From positions 3,204 to 67,203 of the IMG/VR virus record IMGVR_UViG_3300047548_000145: DNA of 64,000 nucleotides. One strand, written 5' to 3'. Position numbers and translations under genes: made by a program. Positions 47,601-57,427 of the stretch are shown piece after piece (position 1 is the first letter of the stretch; each line of letters begins with the position of its first letter). The DNA comes from a virus. Under the pieces are notes generated by a model, which searched no databases, had not been told where the DNA came from, and saw nothing but the letters and a program-made list of their open reading frames with translations.

Positions 47601-50600
47601 GAACACAGGTAAGGTTGAAATCGTAATCAATACCAGCAAAGCAGACGATGTTACAGCTTATCACGAGTTGTTCCACGCTGCCTTCTTTAGAGTTTACGCT
47701 CAAGATGCAAAGACTGCTATCGACTTCTCTAACAGACTAGCTAAAGTACTTGAGTCAGGTACAGCTGCTGAGAAGGCTATTGCCAAGCGTGTAAAGGATC
47801 ACGTATCTAAGTATGAAGGAGATGCTGATGCTGTTGTAAGTGAAGAGTTTCTAGCTGAACTCGCTGGAATTATGACTTCTGATGCCAAGTCTATTACGCA
47901 GGGTATGGCAGCTAAGCTAGCAAACTTCTTCAACAGAATTGCCAAGGCTATGGGCATTGACCCAATCTTCAAGGAAGCAGCTACCACTAAGGAAGTTGTA
48001 GACTTTATGAACTCGTTTGCCAAAGCTGCTCGTCAAGGTGGAGACATATCTGCGTTCTTGAATGGACCAGTTGAGGCGTTCTTGAGCACACGCAGAGATG
48101 ACGCTGTAGACATTAAAGTTAAGCCCAGTAAACAAAAGGATACTCAAACTCTTGAGGAAGCCCGAGATGGTCTTAAGAAGAAACTACGTAAGTTTTTCCC
48201 TACTACAAGTGACGACTTGTTAACTCCGCAAGAAATAAGAGTCTATTTTATGGACGACAATTTCAAGTACAACAGGAAGTTCGGGAAAACATATGAAAAC
48301 GTAGCTAATATATTAGCTCATATGGCAGAACAAGAAGACGTGTACTTGTTTCCTAGTAGGAGTCTTCCTGGTGGATTTTTGTTTGGAGACTTCTTAAACG
48401 GCAGTGAGGCCCTTGATATGAACGTAGAACTGGCGCCAAATGCCGATGGAGACGTATATATCGAGACTGTTGAATCTTTTGATACAGACGGAACGAACAA
48501 GGGAGCAGGCACTCGATTAATGAATAGGCTAATCGAAGCTGCTGATTTTCTAGGAGTTAAACTTGCTCTAGATGCGTATCCGACCAAGAGATTCCAATAT
48601 GACGAAAACAGAGGAAAGGAGTTTACTAAAAAGCAGCTAGACGGTATGGCTGACAGACTCGTGACTGACTTCTATAGCAAGTTTGGATTTGTGTCTAAGT
48701 CAACTGATTCTAAAAACAAAGAGGAATTCCGCTCTATGTACAGGGAGCCAGCTGCTATGAGCGAAGAGGTTCTGACTGGAACATTTAGACCATCTAGTAG
48801 TAAATCTGTAGGCAAGGTTGATCCCAAGGCCAAGAGAGAGAATCTGGAACGCTCTAAGAACTTCCCAACTCAGACTGTATCCTCTATGGATTACGATGGT
48901 GAGACTGTTCTCACTACTCCATCTGATAGACTTGCAGCTGGAGCGTACACGCTTCCCTCTGGAGAGAAAGTAGAACTCAAGGGTGGATTTGGATACCCTG
49001 CACAGACTGGAAAGGTTTGGGCGGCATCTAAACTATCAAAAGCAACCCCTCTAGTTGGCCAGATAAATAGACAGATTAAAGAGCGGGGTTATGCACTTGT
49101 CGCTCCTATCATTATGGCTGATGCTTCGCATAAAAGTAACTACACATACTTTAGTGTTGCGATGAAGTTAATCAACCAAGCTGCCGACAAGAAGAAGCTT
49201 AGCAATAAGGATTTCTTGGATCAGGTAAAAAATGCTGGAAAGAAAGCTGGTGTTGATTTGTCAGATGTAAACGCAAAGACTGTAAAGGAGAATACTGATA
49301 TTCTGTTGGACAAGTTCTCTGTAGAAAGCGGGGCTTTTGAACGCAGAAAAGGTTTTATTACTGAGCTTCTTGGGAATACCACACCTGGGGGTAAAAACAA
49401 TGTTAAACTTAATGGCGTTGTAACTTCCGACCAGTTGGCTGCTATGCTGGCTGATCCAATCTTAGATGGTATGCCTAGAGGCGCAATTGTTTCCTTAATC
49501 AAGGTTACTAAGCCAGTAGTAGCTAGAAAGACATCTATTGAAGAGGACGGATTTCTATTTCACGAATCGTATCCAGCTGTTATTGAGACAGAGGAAGGTG
49601 GTATTGAAATGATTCTCATCGATGACGCTCAACTCGCAATGGAAGCAATTCCAGTAGCAGAGACTACAAATGGTAAAATCGTATCACTTGCGGCAAGAGA
49701 TGGCAACAAGAACGATTATGCCACAGATCTTGGCCTTAGCAATATACCAGGTGTCAACAAAGGGACTTTACGTATATCAGATACAGATGCAAATAAAACA
49801 GAACAAGATGGAAAAGAAGCAAAACGACCAGCAGCAGGCAACAGACTCTTCAATGAGCCCCTCACGGCAGTTAAGAGCATTGCGGACAAGTATTTCAAAG
49901 GAGCTTTCGGAACTGAAAGACCTAAGTTCGAAGGGACGAGGACGCTAGACGAAGCCAGAGCGAAGCGTATTAGTGATGCGTTTGATGCGATGAAACATTC
50001 GCCAAACGATCCAGAAGTTGCTGCTGCATACGAAGCGCTAGCTAAGGAGACTGTTGACCAGTACAATGCCTTCCTTGATGCTGGATACACCGTTGAGATT
50101 AACAATGATGAGCCGTATGCTAACTCTCAGGAGATGATTGATGACTTGAGAAACAACAAGCGTATCAAGATTTTCTCCACTGAGTCTGGATTCGGAGACA
50201 CTCCAATTACACCTAAGCAAAGAAAAGAGAACCCATTACTAGCGACTACTAAGTTCAAGGATGTCAACGGACAGCCTATGCTGGTCAATGACTTGTTCCG
50301 TGCTGTTCACGACTTCTATGGACACGCTGAGCTTGGTAACTCTTTCGGTGCAAAAGGCGAGGAAAATGCCTGGAACGTACACGCTCGTATGTTCTCTCCG
50401 CTGGCTAGACGTGCTATGACTACTGAGACTCGTGGTCAGAACTCTTATGTAAACTTCTCTGGTGTTAACGAAAAGATTGACAAACTTAGAGAAAAGGCTA
50501 GGAAGTTGCGTGAGGAGGGTAAGCTTGACGAGGCCCTGGATGTTGCTGGTCAGATTTACGAACTTACTTCATTTGCTGACCAGAAGGTTGGATTGCTTCC

Positions 50601-53600
50601 AGAAGAGTTCTCTCAGATTGATGGCCTTGAGGCTAGAAGCTCTAAGTTTGACGACAGTAAAAGAAGCTTCAGTAAGGCTGAACTTGACGAATTGCCCAAC
50701 AGTAGATACACTAAAGAGCAGATCGAGTCGATGATAAACAGCGGGACATATTCTCTTATGTCTGCCGAGAATCCACAAGCTGCTAAAACAGTGGAGGACA
50801 ATGACGAAAGAACTGCTAGAGCTGAAAAGTGGCTAAAGAAAAATGGCTACGGAAATTACACAAAAATCTATGGCGTATTCGGAAACAAGGAGAACAGCTT
50901 CCTTGTGCCAGATATGACTATGGAAGATGCTGAAGCATTCAGGAAAGAGTTTGATCAGGAATCTGTTGCTCACTCTGATGGATATATCGATAAATATGGT
51001 GTTAATCCAAGAGACAGAGAAGGTAACAAGTTTGGAATAGACTACAAAAATCCGAAAAGCAATAACTACTCTATCATAAAAGACTCTGAAGGTGATGTTA
51101 TTTCTTTCCAAACTAACTATAACTTCAAGGAGAGAGAAAGTTTTGATATTGCATCACGTTCATCTAAGGCTTCTCAAGATGCCTATGATATTGTTGATGA
51201 ACTAGCTACAGAAGGAGCGGTTAAGCCCACTACGATGCAGAAGGTTAAGGACAATACGCTCCGTGCATTTGTCCTGACTCCAGAGCAGCAGCTTGTGCGC
51301 TCATACAAAGAGACACAACAGTCTATGGTAGGTAGAGCTGGCAAGAAGATTCGTGTACAGGCAGAATCTCTTAATAAGTTACTCGGCAAGAATGACGAAC
51401 TGAGACTAGCGGTAACTGCGTATCTGTCTGGAGATCTTGCTAGCTCATACGATATCATCGACAAGAGCCCGAAGGGAGAACAGATTTTCGACTTGCTTAC
51501 TGATATGCGGGCTTTCGTTGACTCTATGTCTAGCGACCTGACTACCAGTCCTTCGTTTATGGCTCTTCCTGATGCCCTGAAGGCCACTATTCAGGCTAAT
51601 ATCGGCACTTACCTCAGAACCTCGTACAGATTCTGGAAAGATAAGAACTACAACATAGACAAGGCTATGCGTAGAGAGGCTATCGCCCACCAGTTTGATA
51701 GCAACGTTGCGTATGAACTTGACAAGCTGTTGAAGGAGGGAATGTCTCCCGATGATGCCGAGGTGAAGATCAACTCAAGCCGTGACGAAATACTTCGCAA
51801 GGCAGAGAAGCAGATTGATGAGTATATTGCTGAGGTTGAGAGAATCAGAAACGCCCCTGAGTTCAAGGCTTCTGGAGTAGTGACTGCTGGACAAATTAAG
51901 ATCCCTTCAGACCAGTTGTCTGGGAAGAAAACTGTTCCTGATTATATTCAGCAGCTGCTTGGAGTTGAGAAGGATCCTGTGGTTAGATTTGTAGATACTG
52001 CTGTAGCTCTTGCCAATATCAAATACAAGGGAGAGATGGTCTATAAGATTGTCACCTCGCTTGGAGCTGATTCAATCAAGACTGCTGATCAGGTTACTGA
52101 TGGACAGATTAAGAATAGAGAATTCATCAAGGTTAATGACAAGTTCTCTCCTCTTAACGATATGTACGTGCATAAAGATGTGTTTGATGTAATCAACAAC
52201 GAGGACATATACTCATCTGATATATCTTGGATACAGGGATATTTCAACATTCTAAAGCTGTCCAGAAAAAGTAAGGTTATATACAACTCACCGACTTGGA
52301 GAAAGAACATTACTGGTGGATGGCAAATTATGTTGGCTAATGGTGTAATTAACACTTCAACCATAACAGACTTAGTAAACAGAGCTAAGTTCCTGGCTGG
52401 CAAAGAAGATCCTGAAGTTGCAGTTCTGCTTGATCGTATGGCTGAGTTTGGACTTATTGGCACTGACGTTAATGCAAACATTATTGGAAATGTAGATGCC
52501 ATATATGCCTCTTCGCTCACTGGAGATACAAAGTTTCTTGACAAGGCTTCCAATTACATCAAGTCAGTTGATGCTAAAGTTGGGGAGAAGTACTCCGCAA
52601 TTGACGACTACACCAAGATGATTATCTTCAGAAACAAGCGTGACAATGCTGCTAAGAAGATGTTTGGTAAGCCGTTCAGTGAACTAACTGAAGCAGAACA
52701 ATACAAGTCTGATGCTGCGCTGGCAGAGGAGATCAAGAGAACTACACCTACGTTCTCAAGACTTCCACCAGCATACAAGAAACTTGCAAAGCTTCCTGTT
52801 GGTGACTTCTTGTCATTTAAATTGGAAGCCGCTAGATCTATATCTAACGTGTTCATTACAGCTGTAGAGGACATCAAGAAGAGCACAGACCCTAAATTGT
52901 CTAGCGTACAGAGAAAAGCGTATGCAATTAGTGGTGTCTCTAAGTTGATGGGAGCTTCAACTGCATTGTCTATGGCATACGTAATTCCTGCTATGCTGTC
53001 ATCTATGTTCCTAGGCGATGATGAAGAACTGTATGAAGATGCCCTTAAGCTCAGAGCCAACTGGATGGATGGTCACAACCTTGTAGTAAAGAAAGTATAT
53101 CCTGACGGTAGAATCGCTTACTACGATTTGTCTATGGAGGATACGTATGGAGACATCACTAACACTATATTTCAGTTGTCTAATGGCGAGCTAGAGTCCG
53201 CTATTAAATCACTAGCTGCTGACGTACAACCTAATATGGCTGTTGAATTACTTGTATCGATCTTCACTGGGAAGAATGAATATGCTGGAGACTTGTACGA
53301 GAGTTATGATCCTGTGTATATGAAGGCACTAAAGCTGGCTGGACACAGTGTAAAGAGCACTGTAGCTCCTCCATCAGCATATTCCTCAGGGAGGGACGCA
53401 TCTAAGGCTGTTGAAGACAACCCAGAACTTAATTGGACTCAGGAATTCCTGACCCGTTTTGTCAAGCGGATTGCAGTCAGGGACTACGAGTCTAATGCAG
53501 GAAAGCAGTTCTACTATATCGTTAAAGAGTCCAGTAGTGGAATCACTAAAGATGAACAGTACACCAAGCTTGAGGGAGACGCTAGAGAGAACAGATTCGA

Positions 53601-53754
53601 AGCACTTAGCGATATGAGAGAAGAGTACCTAGCGCTTACAAAGATTTCTCAGTACTACGGCAATAGAGAGCTTAAGAGAAACGCTAAGGACGCAGTTAAG
53701 CGATACCTGAACAAGGATGAAGAAGCTTATGTATTAAGAGGTAAAATAAGATAA
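44695..53754 (+). CDS. giant polyvalent internal virion protein (zincin-like HExxH, GNAT-like and other domains)
   Basis: 3019 aa; AYHELFHAAF, NKGAGTRLMNRLI..VKLALDAYP, FRAVHDFYGH, SAENP..GNKENSFLV. Confidence 0.75.
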   Translation: MQELEELVKSAKLDGFSRDEFVEAISRNPRFKGVKPEQIEAAWGAGVKKKDQSQPSSLGAKTASTASPLQSGLREQVTPSISDSERAAPSLYKATGKPSVSTEAVPTPAEPEFKLARPGKTPVQASDVTSVANAKEQDFLRQYGAIKSTAGDALSKKVVEIVNNAPKGKAREAIITKKGELDELYRQFSPDESSSMFSQDQAGNVDLDDTKIKQVLSFMDMKSVKDIAKLRDQEEFNKEAGDAWLNNSISRIGLNAIGTFLTVPDIVMNIPELAPYMAKGLAIELASGGNPYISGTLSAAFNKDSGYINKTELGEIGQALFNYSAELGMAERIDDFGEERAAKGITGNFSDGTLKGLGTGAAMLGSSFIDNLPQLALTVAAPEVALPFLGAMSASETYNRIVDDSSLSAGEKVTYALVMGGIEYASEKILNSDVSMLRKSIKDAGVDLGTKQGKKELGDAIFGWMPPAARSIIEEPIEEAIVAGVDQVMNNHLTGKAVDITEIAESALAGLGSGVGTTVLTRGVTSVLQSDKVQDTIKRTAAMKKLNSLIQDENISEEERSILKEELSELVKKDAKIRKDAAKFYDKFSQEDVDETVKLNATIMNGISSYANMQTQEGKDRVVSRVKDAMAKKKAIEAKYQENVSQEGKQVPGTEQGGETAIQAEPVEGAGKKETPAGRVLQAPEKAVSTVRGLLNRRATYSDPISGTIVEGDVYQDGQRVVVETEEGKIFDIGNIDEIQDRPTSELGLNEAKGRISVNEDGSFTYNGGDNQKIQGGTVMVNRQGGLKSIKKNKDGSIKSVAMTSPDGTETYNLKGQDAVDAAYQIMLNFSTSPEQSARVEQMLQQNEKARTEIESARVALEQTPETTTEEAAGDTVNDTVGGYGPRVGGVGKQATTQEIRTRTASDPQKGNLYNAVRRASKTLSSIIPDATYVFVDSDAEAAEYYKANMADVDAKESGSDKGRIFQNKNTGKVEIVINTSKADDVTAYHELFHAAFFRVYAQDAKTAIDFSNRLAKVLESGTAAEKAIAKRVKDHVSKYEGDADAVVSEEFLAELAGIMTSDAKSITQGMAAKLANFFNRIAKAMGIDPIFKEAATTKEVVDFMNSFAKAARQGGDISAFLNGPVEAFLSTRRDDAVDIKVKPSKQKDTQTLEEARDGLKKKLRKFFPTTSDDLLTPQEIRVYFMDDNFKYNRKFGKTYENVANILAHMAEQEDVYLFPSRSLPGGFLFGDFLNGSEALDMNVELAPNADGDVYIETVESFDTDGTNKGAGTRLMNRLIEAADFLGVKLALDAYPTKRFQYDENRGKEFTKKQLDGMADRLVTDFYSKFGFVSKSTDSKNKEEFRSMYREPAAMSEEVLTGTFRPSSSKSVGKVDPKAKRENLERSKNFPTQTVSSMDYDGETVLTTPSDRLAAGAYTLPSGEKVELKGGFGYPAQTGKVWAASKLSKATPLVGQINRQIKERGYALVAPIIMADASHKSNYTYFSVAMKLINQAADKKKLSNKDFLDQVKNAGKKAGVDLSDVNAKTVKENTDILLDKFSVESGAFERRKGFITELLGNTTPGGKNNVKLNGVVTSDQLAAMLADPILDGMPRGAIVSLIKVTKPVVARKTSIEEDGFLFHESYPAVIETEEGGIEMILIDDAQLAMEAIPVAETTNGKIVSLAARDGNKNDYATDLGLSNIPGVNKGTLRISDTDANKTEQDGKEAKRPAAGNRLFNEPLTAVKSIADKYFKGAFGTERPKFEGTRTLDEARAKRISDAFDAMKHSPNDPEVAAAYEALAKETVDQYNAFLDAGYTVEINNDEPYANSQEMIDDLRNNKRIKIFSTESGFGDTPITPKQRKENPLLATTKFKDVNGQPMLVNDLFRAVHDFYGHAELGNSFGAKGEENAWNVHARMFSPLARRAMTTETRGQNSYVNFSGVNEKIDKLREKARKLREEGKLDEALDVAGQIYELTSFADQKVGLLPEEFSQIDGLEARSSKFDDSKRSFSKAELDELPNSRYTKEQIESMINSGTYSLMSAENPQAAKTVEDNDERTARAEKWLKKNGYGNYTKIYGVFGNKENSFLVPDMTMEDAEAFRKEFDQESVAHSDGYIDKYGVNPRDREGNKFGIDYKNPKSNNYSIIKDSEGDVISFQTNYNFKERESFDIASRSSKASQDAYDIVDELATEGAVKPTTMQKVKDNTLRAFVLTPEQQLVRSYKETQQSMVGRAGKKIRVQAESLNKLLGKNDELRLAVTAYLSGDLASSYDIIDKSPKGEQIFDLLTDMRAFVDSMSSDLTTSPSFMALPDALKATIQANIGTYLRTSYRFWKDKNYNIDKAMRREAIAHQFDSNVAYELDKLLKEGMSPDDAEVKINSSRDEILRKAEKQIDEYIAEVERIRNAPEFKASGVVTAGQIKIPSDQLSGKKTVPDYIQQLLGVEKDPVVRFVDTAVALANIKYKGEMVYKIVTSLGADSIKTADQVTDGQIKNREFIKVNDKFSPLNDMYVHKDVFDVINNEDIYSSDISWIQGYFNILKLSRKSKVIYNSPTWRKNITGGWQIMLANGVINTSTITDLVNRAKFLAGKEDPEVAVLLDRMAEFGLIGTDVNANIIGNVDAIYASSLTGDTKFLDKASNYIKSVDAKVGEKYSAIDDYTKMIIFRNKRDNAAKKMFGKPFSELTEAEQYKSDAALAEEIKRTTPTFSRLPPAYKKLAKLPVGDFLSFKLEAARSISNVFITAVEDIKKSTDPKLSSVQRKAYAISGVSKLMGASTALSMAYVIPAMLSSMFLGDDEELYEDALKLRANWMDGHNLVVKKVYPDGRIAYYDLSMEDTYGDITNTIFQLSNGELESAIKSLAADVQPNMAVELLVSIFTGKNEYAGDLYESYDPVYMKALKLAGHSVKSTVAPPSAYSSGRDASKAVEDNPELNWTQEFLTRFVKRIAVRDYESNAGKQFYYIVKESSSGITKDEQYTKLEGDARENRFEALSDMREEYLALTKISQYYGNRELKRNAKDAVKRYLNKDEEAYVLRGKIR

Positions 53755-53755
53755 G

Positions 53756-53890
53756 ATGGCTAAAGCAAAAGAAGGAACAGCCTTTGTTCCAAAACCAAAG
53801 AAGAAGCGTAAAGGAGTACACGCTAAGACCAAGCACTCCAAGAGCAAGAACGCCACCAACTATAAGAAGGTAAGCATCGGACAGGGGTAA
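53756..53890 (+). CDS. small basic protein (44 aa)
   Basis: MAKAKEGTAFVPKPKKKRKGVHAKTKHSKSKNATNYKKVSIGQG. Confidence 0.6.
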   Translation: MAKAKEGTAFVPKPKKKRKGVHAKTKHSKSKNATNYKKVSIGQG

Positions 53891-53892
53891 AT

Positions 53893-53920
53893 GAAAAAGG
53901 GGCCAGTAGGCCCCTCTTTC
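53893..53920. terminator. bidirectional terminator at the convergence point
   Basis: GAAAAAGGGGCC-AGTA-GGCCCCTCTTTC. Confidence 0.7.
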
Positions 53921-55695
53921 TACCCATCGCAAGATGCACACGATTCGTCCATTGCTCTCGTGGCTATATCCCCACGAAGGACAGATTCTGTACGCATATA
54001 GTACAGCGTCTTCACTCCTAATTTCCAAGCCTCCATATGGACTTGGTTGATCCACTTTGGCGTGGCTTCGGATGGGAATGCCAGGTTAAGTGATTGTGAT
54101 TGGTCTATGTAACTCTGACGCAGGGCAGCCTGGCGTACCAATTCAAGCTGATTGATTTCTTTAAACGTCTTAAAGATGTCTTTCAACTTGTCAACAGTTT
54201 CAAACGAATCAACCTTGCTCGCCTCCTTCATCTTGCCGTTGACGTAGACCCACTCATCTAGGAAGTCAAGGTTCTGTACGGAACCTCCATCTACTAGAAT
54301 CTGTTCCCACACCTCTCTAGTGTTCTTGCCAATCTTGCCTAGCACACGCTCTAGCTCTGGGTTCTTACGGATGAACGTGCCTTTAGCGGACTGCTCAGTG
54401 AATACGTTTGCTGCCCAGGGCTCAATGCCAGCGGACACATTACCAGACAACTTGGAGTTAGACACAGTAGGTGCGATGGCAATCAGGTGCGTGTTACGCA
54501 TACCGAAACCTCGGCACCACAATGGCTCTCCATAGGTGCGGGCCATATCACGGCTAGCACGTTCTGCTTCCATCTTGATGTGTGAGAATACACGTCTTGT
54601 CTCAAGCTGTGCTGCAAGTCCTTCAAAGGGAAGTCCACGCTGCTGTAGGTAGGTATGCCATCCAAGTACACCAAGACCAAGGGCACGTCCCTTCTCTGCA
54701 GAGCGGACAGCATTCTCAAAGCCACGCATCGTCTTAGCCTTCTGAATGAACTCCTCCATAACGCCATCCAAGAACATTGTAGCGTAGTATACAGCATCTG
54801 TATTGCACCACTCGTCATACTTTGCTAGGTTCATAGAAGACAGACAGCACACGAAGCTGTGCGACTCGTCTGTGTGCAGGGTAATCTCAGAGCAGATGTT
54901 GGTCATAAAGACCTTCAATCCGTTGTGCTTGTACATCTCAGGGTTGTTCTTGTTCACGTTACCCTTGTACATAATGTACGGCTCTCCTGTTGCCTTACGC
55001 TTCTGCAGAACCTTAGACCAGCGCTTACGAGCCTCTGCGTCTCCCTCTTCCAACTTACGCATAAACTTGTCTCCTACTACAACACACTGGTGCAGGTTTA
55101 GAGACTGACGATTCACGTCACCTTTAGGCTCTCTGATTTCTAGGAAGTCATAGAAGTCTGGGTGGTCTATGTTCAGGTTTACAGATGCAGCACCTCTACG
55201 CACGTTGCCCTGTGATGTGGCTAGGATAGAGCTGTCGTATACCTTGCAGAATGGAACGACTCCGTCTGTGGTGCCATCACCGTTTGCAATGGGAGAACCT
55301 GCAGGGCGAATCATATTCATCCCGATGCCTACGCCCCCTCCGTGCTTGGCCAACAGCATCATCTCAAGGTTCTTAGAACCAATCTCCTGAATGCTGTCCC
55401 CTACGTCAATACCGAAGCAAGAGATAGGAAGCCCACGGTCTGTACCCATATTGGCAAGTACTGGTGTGGCAAGTCCGAGCCAGTTGTTCCACATCAGGTC
55501 AAAGAACTTAGCCTTCAGGTTTGGAGCCTTTAGTCTGTTCGCTGCTGCTGTAGCCACTCGGTTGTATGCATCTCTAGGTGTCTCGTTTCCAATAAGATAC
55601 CCCTTGGATATAGTCTTAACGTACACCTCAGTGTTACCCCATTCGGGCAGGTCCACACCTAGGACCCACCCAAACTGTTCTCCGTGATTTTTCAT
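53920..55695 (-). CDS. nrdA: class I ribonucleotide reductase alpha subunit (no ATP cone)
   Basis: ATPVLAN, PISCF, GGGVG, TNICSEI, LGLGVLG, IAPTVS, KTLYY, C-terminal CxxC. Confidence 0.95.
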   Translation of the reverse strand: MKNHGEQFGWVLGVDLPEWGNTEVYVKTISKGYLIGNETPRDAYNRVATAAANRLKAPNLKAKFFDLMWNNWLGLATPVLANMGTDRGLPISCFGIDVGDSIQEIGSKNLEMMLLAKHGGGVGIGMNMIRPAGSPIANGDGTTDGVVPFCKVYDSSILATSQGNVRRGAASVNLNIDHPDFYDFLEIREPKGDVNRQSLNLHQCVVVGDKFMRKLEEGDAEARKRWSKVLQKRKATGEPYIMYKGNVNKNNPEMYKHNGLKVFMTNICSEITLHTDESHSFVCCLSSMNLAKYDEWCNTDAVYYATMFLDGVMEEFIQKAKTMRGFENAVRSAEKGRALGLGVLGWHTYLQQRGLPFEGLAAQLETRRVFSHIKMEAERASRDMARTYGEPLWCRGFGMRNTHLIAIAPTVSNSKLSGNVSAGIEPWAANVFTEQSAKGTFIRKNPELERVLGKIGKNTREVWEQILVDGGSVQNLDFLDEWVYVNGKMKEASKVDSFETVDKLKDIFKTFKEINQLELVRQAALRQSYIDQSQSLNLAFPSEATPKWINQVHMEAWKLGVKTLYYMRTESVLRGDIATRAMDESCASCDG

Positions 55696-55925
55696 TTCTC
55701 TTTGGTGTTAAATGTTTCGTTGTAAAGGCGTTTAATTGTACTTAATTCTTCGGGGCGTATCCATTTATATTCTTTAAGGACTACTTTGGAAAATTTAACA
55801 ATCTGCTTCTTCTCCATTTCAAGGGCCTTTTCCCATTGTTCATCAAGTATGTGCTCCTCGTAAGCTGGCTGATTTTCATATAAATCTCTCAACCATTGTA
55901 CTGCTGTCTGTTTCATACTTACCAA
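55692..55925 (-). CDS. MKQTAVEWL-family small protein (paralogue 4), between nrdB and nrdA
   Basis: MKQTAVQWL..ALEMEKKQI..YNETFNTKEK. Confidence 0.75.
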   Translation of the reverse strand: MVSMKQTAVQWLRDLYENQPAYEEHILDEQWEKALEMEKKQIVKFSKVVLKEYKWIRPEELSTIKRLYNETFNTKEK

Positions 55926-56917
55926 ATTGATTCAAAGTCCTCTCCCTCATTTGCCTTGCTGTAGTCTGTTGGACGCATAGCGAAGAAGTCGGTCCAAGTT
56001 ATGCCACCTGTCAGGTGTCCGAACCATTCCATACGCTCTAGGGCTTCCTCGTCTACCTTGTAAGCAGACTCGTATCCTAGTTCCATCAGTTTCGTATTAG
56101 TGCGGTGCTTGATGAAGTTCTTCAGATCACTTGCTGACAAGTTCTCCAGTGATGCGTTCTCAATCTGGAAGATACCATCAATAAAAAACATCTCCATCTG
56201 AAGCATTAATGCAGCAGCCTGTTGCACCTCTTCACGAACAGCCTCACGAAGTTCTGGGTACTCGTTACACATATGATTAAACAGAGCAACGCCCATCGTA
56301 CTATGCAGAGACTCGTCACGCACTGACCACTTCATCTGCTGACCAATCCCCTTCAACAGATTACGCATCTGGAAGGAGTACAGGACTGCAAAGGAAGAGT
56401 ACAGAGCGACTCCCTCAGCAAAAGCAGAGAATATAGCGATAGAACGTGCAACGTCCCTACGTGCCTCCTCAGATGCCTTCAGGTCCTCGTGTGTATAGTC
56501 TGCCTTGGTGTTGACCAGGTTCTCGAAGCGCTTAGCCATAACCTCATCGTGCATAAATGCTTCGTAGTCCTCAAGGCCGAGCGTGTCGTTCAAGTAACTG
56601 TATGCAGCAGCGTGGATGGTTTCCTGGGACCCGAACATCATTGCCATCTGACGAATCTCGTGCTTGGGGAACCACTTGGTGACCATCGTTGTCCAGTAGT
56701 CCCCGACTGCACACTCTGTCTGAGCAAAGCCTAGTAGGATGTTTCCCACCACTTGGCGTTCGTCATCTGACAGATTCTCCCTGAAGTCTTTCAGGTCGTT
56801 CTGCATTGGAATTTCAGTGTGCATCCAGAAGGCTTGTGCCTGCTTTAGCCATCCGCCTGTATAGTAGACGGGATAGTCGAACGGCTTGTAAGGAATCCGT
56901 TCATCAAATAGTCCCAT
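55919..56917 (-). CDS. nrdB: class I ribonucleotide reductase beta subunit
   Basis: YKPFDYP, QETIHAAAYS, AEGVALYSSF, RDESLH, DFFAMRPTDY; start MGLFDER. Confidence 0.95.
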   Translation of the reverse strand: MGLFDERIPYKPFDYPVYYTGGWLKQAQAFWMHTEIPMQNDLKDFRENLSDDERQVVGNILLGFAQTECAVGDYWTTMVTKWFPKHEIRQMAMMFGSQETIHAAAYSYLNDTLGLEDYEAFMHDEVMAKRFENLVNTKADYTHEDLKASEEARRDVARSIAIFSAFAEGVALYSSFAVLYSFQMRNLLKGIGQQMKWSVRDESLHSTMGVALFNHMCNEYPELREAVREEVQQAAALMLQMEMFFIDGIFQIENASLENLSASDLKNFIKHRTNTKLMELGYESAYKVDEEALERMEWFGHLTGGITWTDFFAMRPTDYSKANEGEDFESIW

Positions 56918-56959
56918 AGGTGTTTTTTGTTTTTGGTTAAAGGGCTGCGAAGATAACAC

Positions 56960-57427
56960 TTATCCAGCTCCTGTCAAATCATTCCAAGTAATAAATATGC
57001 ACTTCTCTTTGGGTACGTGATACATAATATCAGAACCATTTCTATGTGAGGTGTTTATGTTTTTATGTACTCTGTATTCATCCCTAAAGATTTCATCGCT
57101 ATGGCACATAACCATACTCAGAGTCTCCTTGCATATGATAACGTACCAGAATCCAATCTCTGCCCACTTCTTTTTCCTAGCAAGGAAAGAGACGGTAGGA
57201 AACTTGAAATCTTCTTCGCTAGTGAATGGGTAATTTTTCTTTACCTCAACTTCGTAGTAACTCTCTTTGCCGTCTTTAATGGCTGTTATGTCAACTCTGT
57301 AGTCTTCTTTTGGTTTATTGAGTACTTCATACTCCCTCATCCGTAGAATGCGTGAGAAGTGCTCTATTGACCAATCGTTTTCTTCTTCGTAGGCTTCCTT
57401 GACGAACTTTCCTGCCGCTGTACCCAT
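56960..57427 (-). CDS. putative PD-(D/E)XK nuclease
   Basis: YRVDI....YYEVEVK motif. Confidence 0.55.
   Translation of the reverse strand: MGTAAGKFVKEAYEEENDWSIEHFSRILRMREYEVLNKPKEDYRVDITAIKDGKESYYEVEVKKNYPFTSEEDFKFPTVSFLARKKKWAEIGFWYVIICKETLSMVMCHSDEIFRDEYRVHKNINTSHRNGSDIMYHVPKEKCIFITWNDLTGAG

Noticed and set aside
44695-53754. crAss-type virion RNA polymerase
   Set aside because: No DxDGD-type catalytic motif seen; the visible motifs indicate a polyvalent protein.
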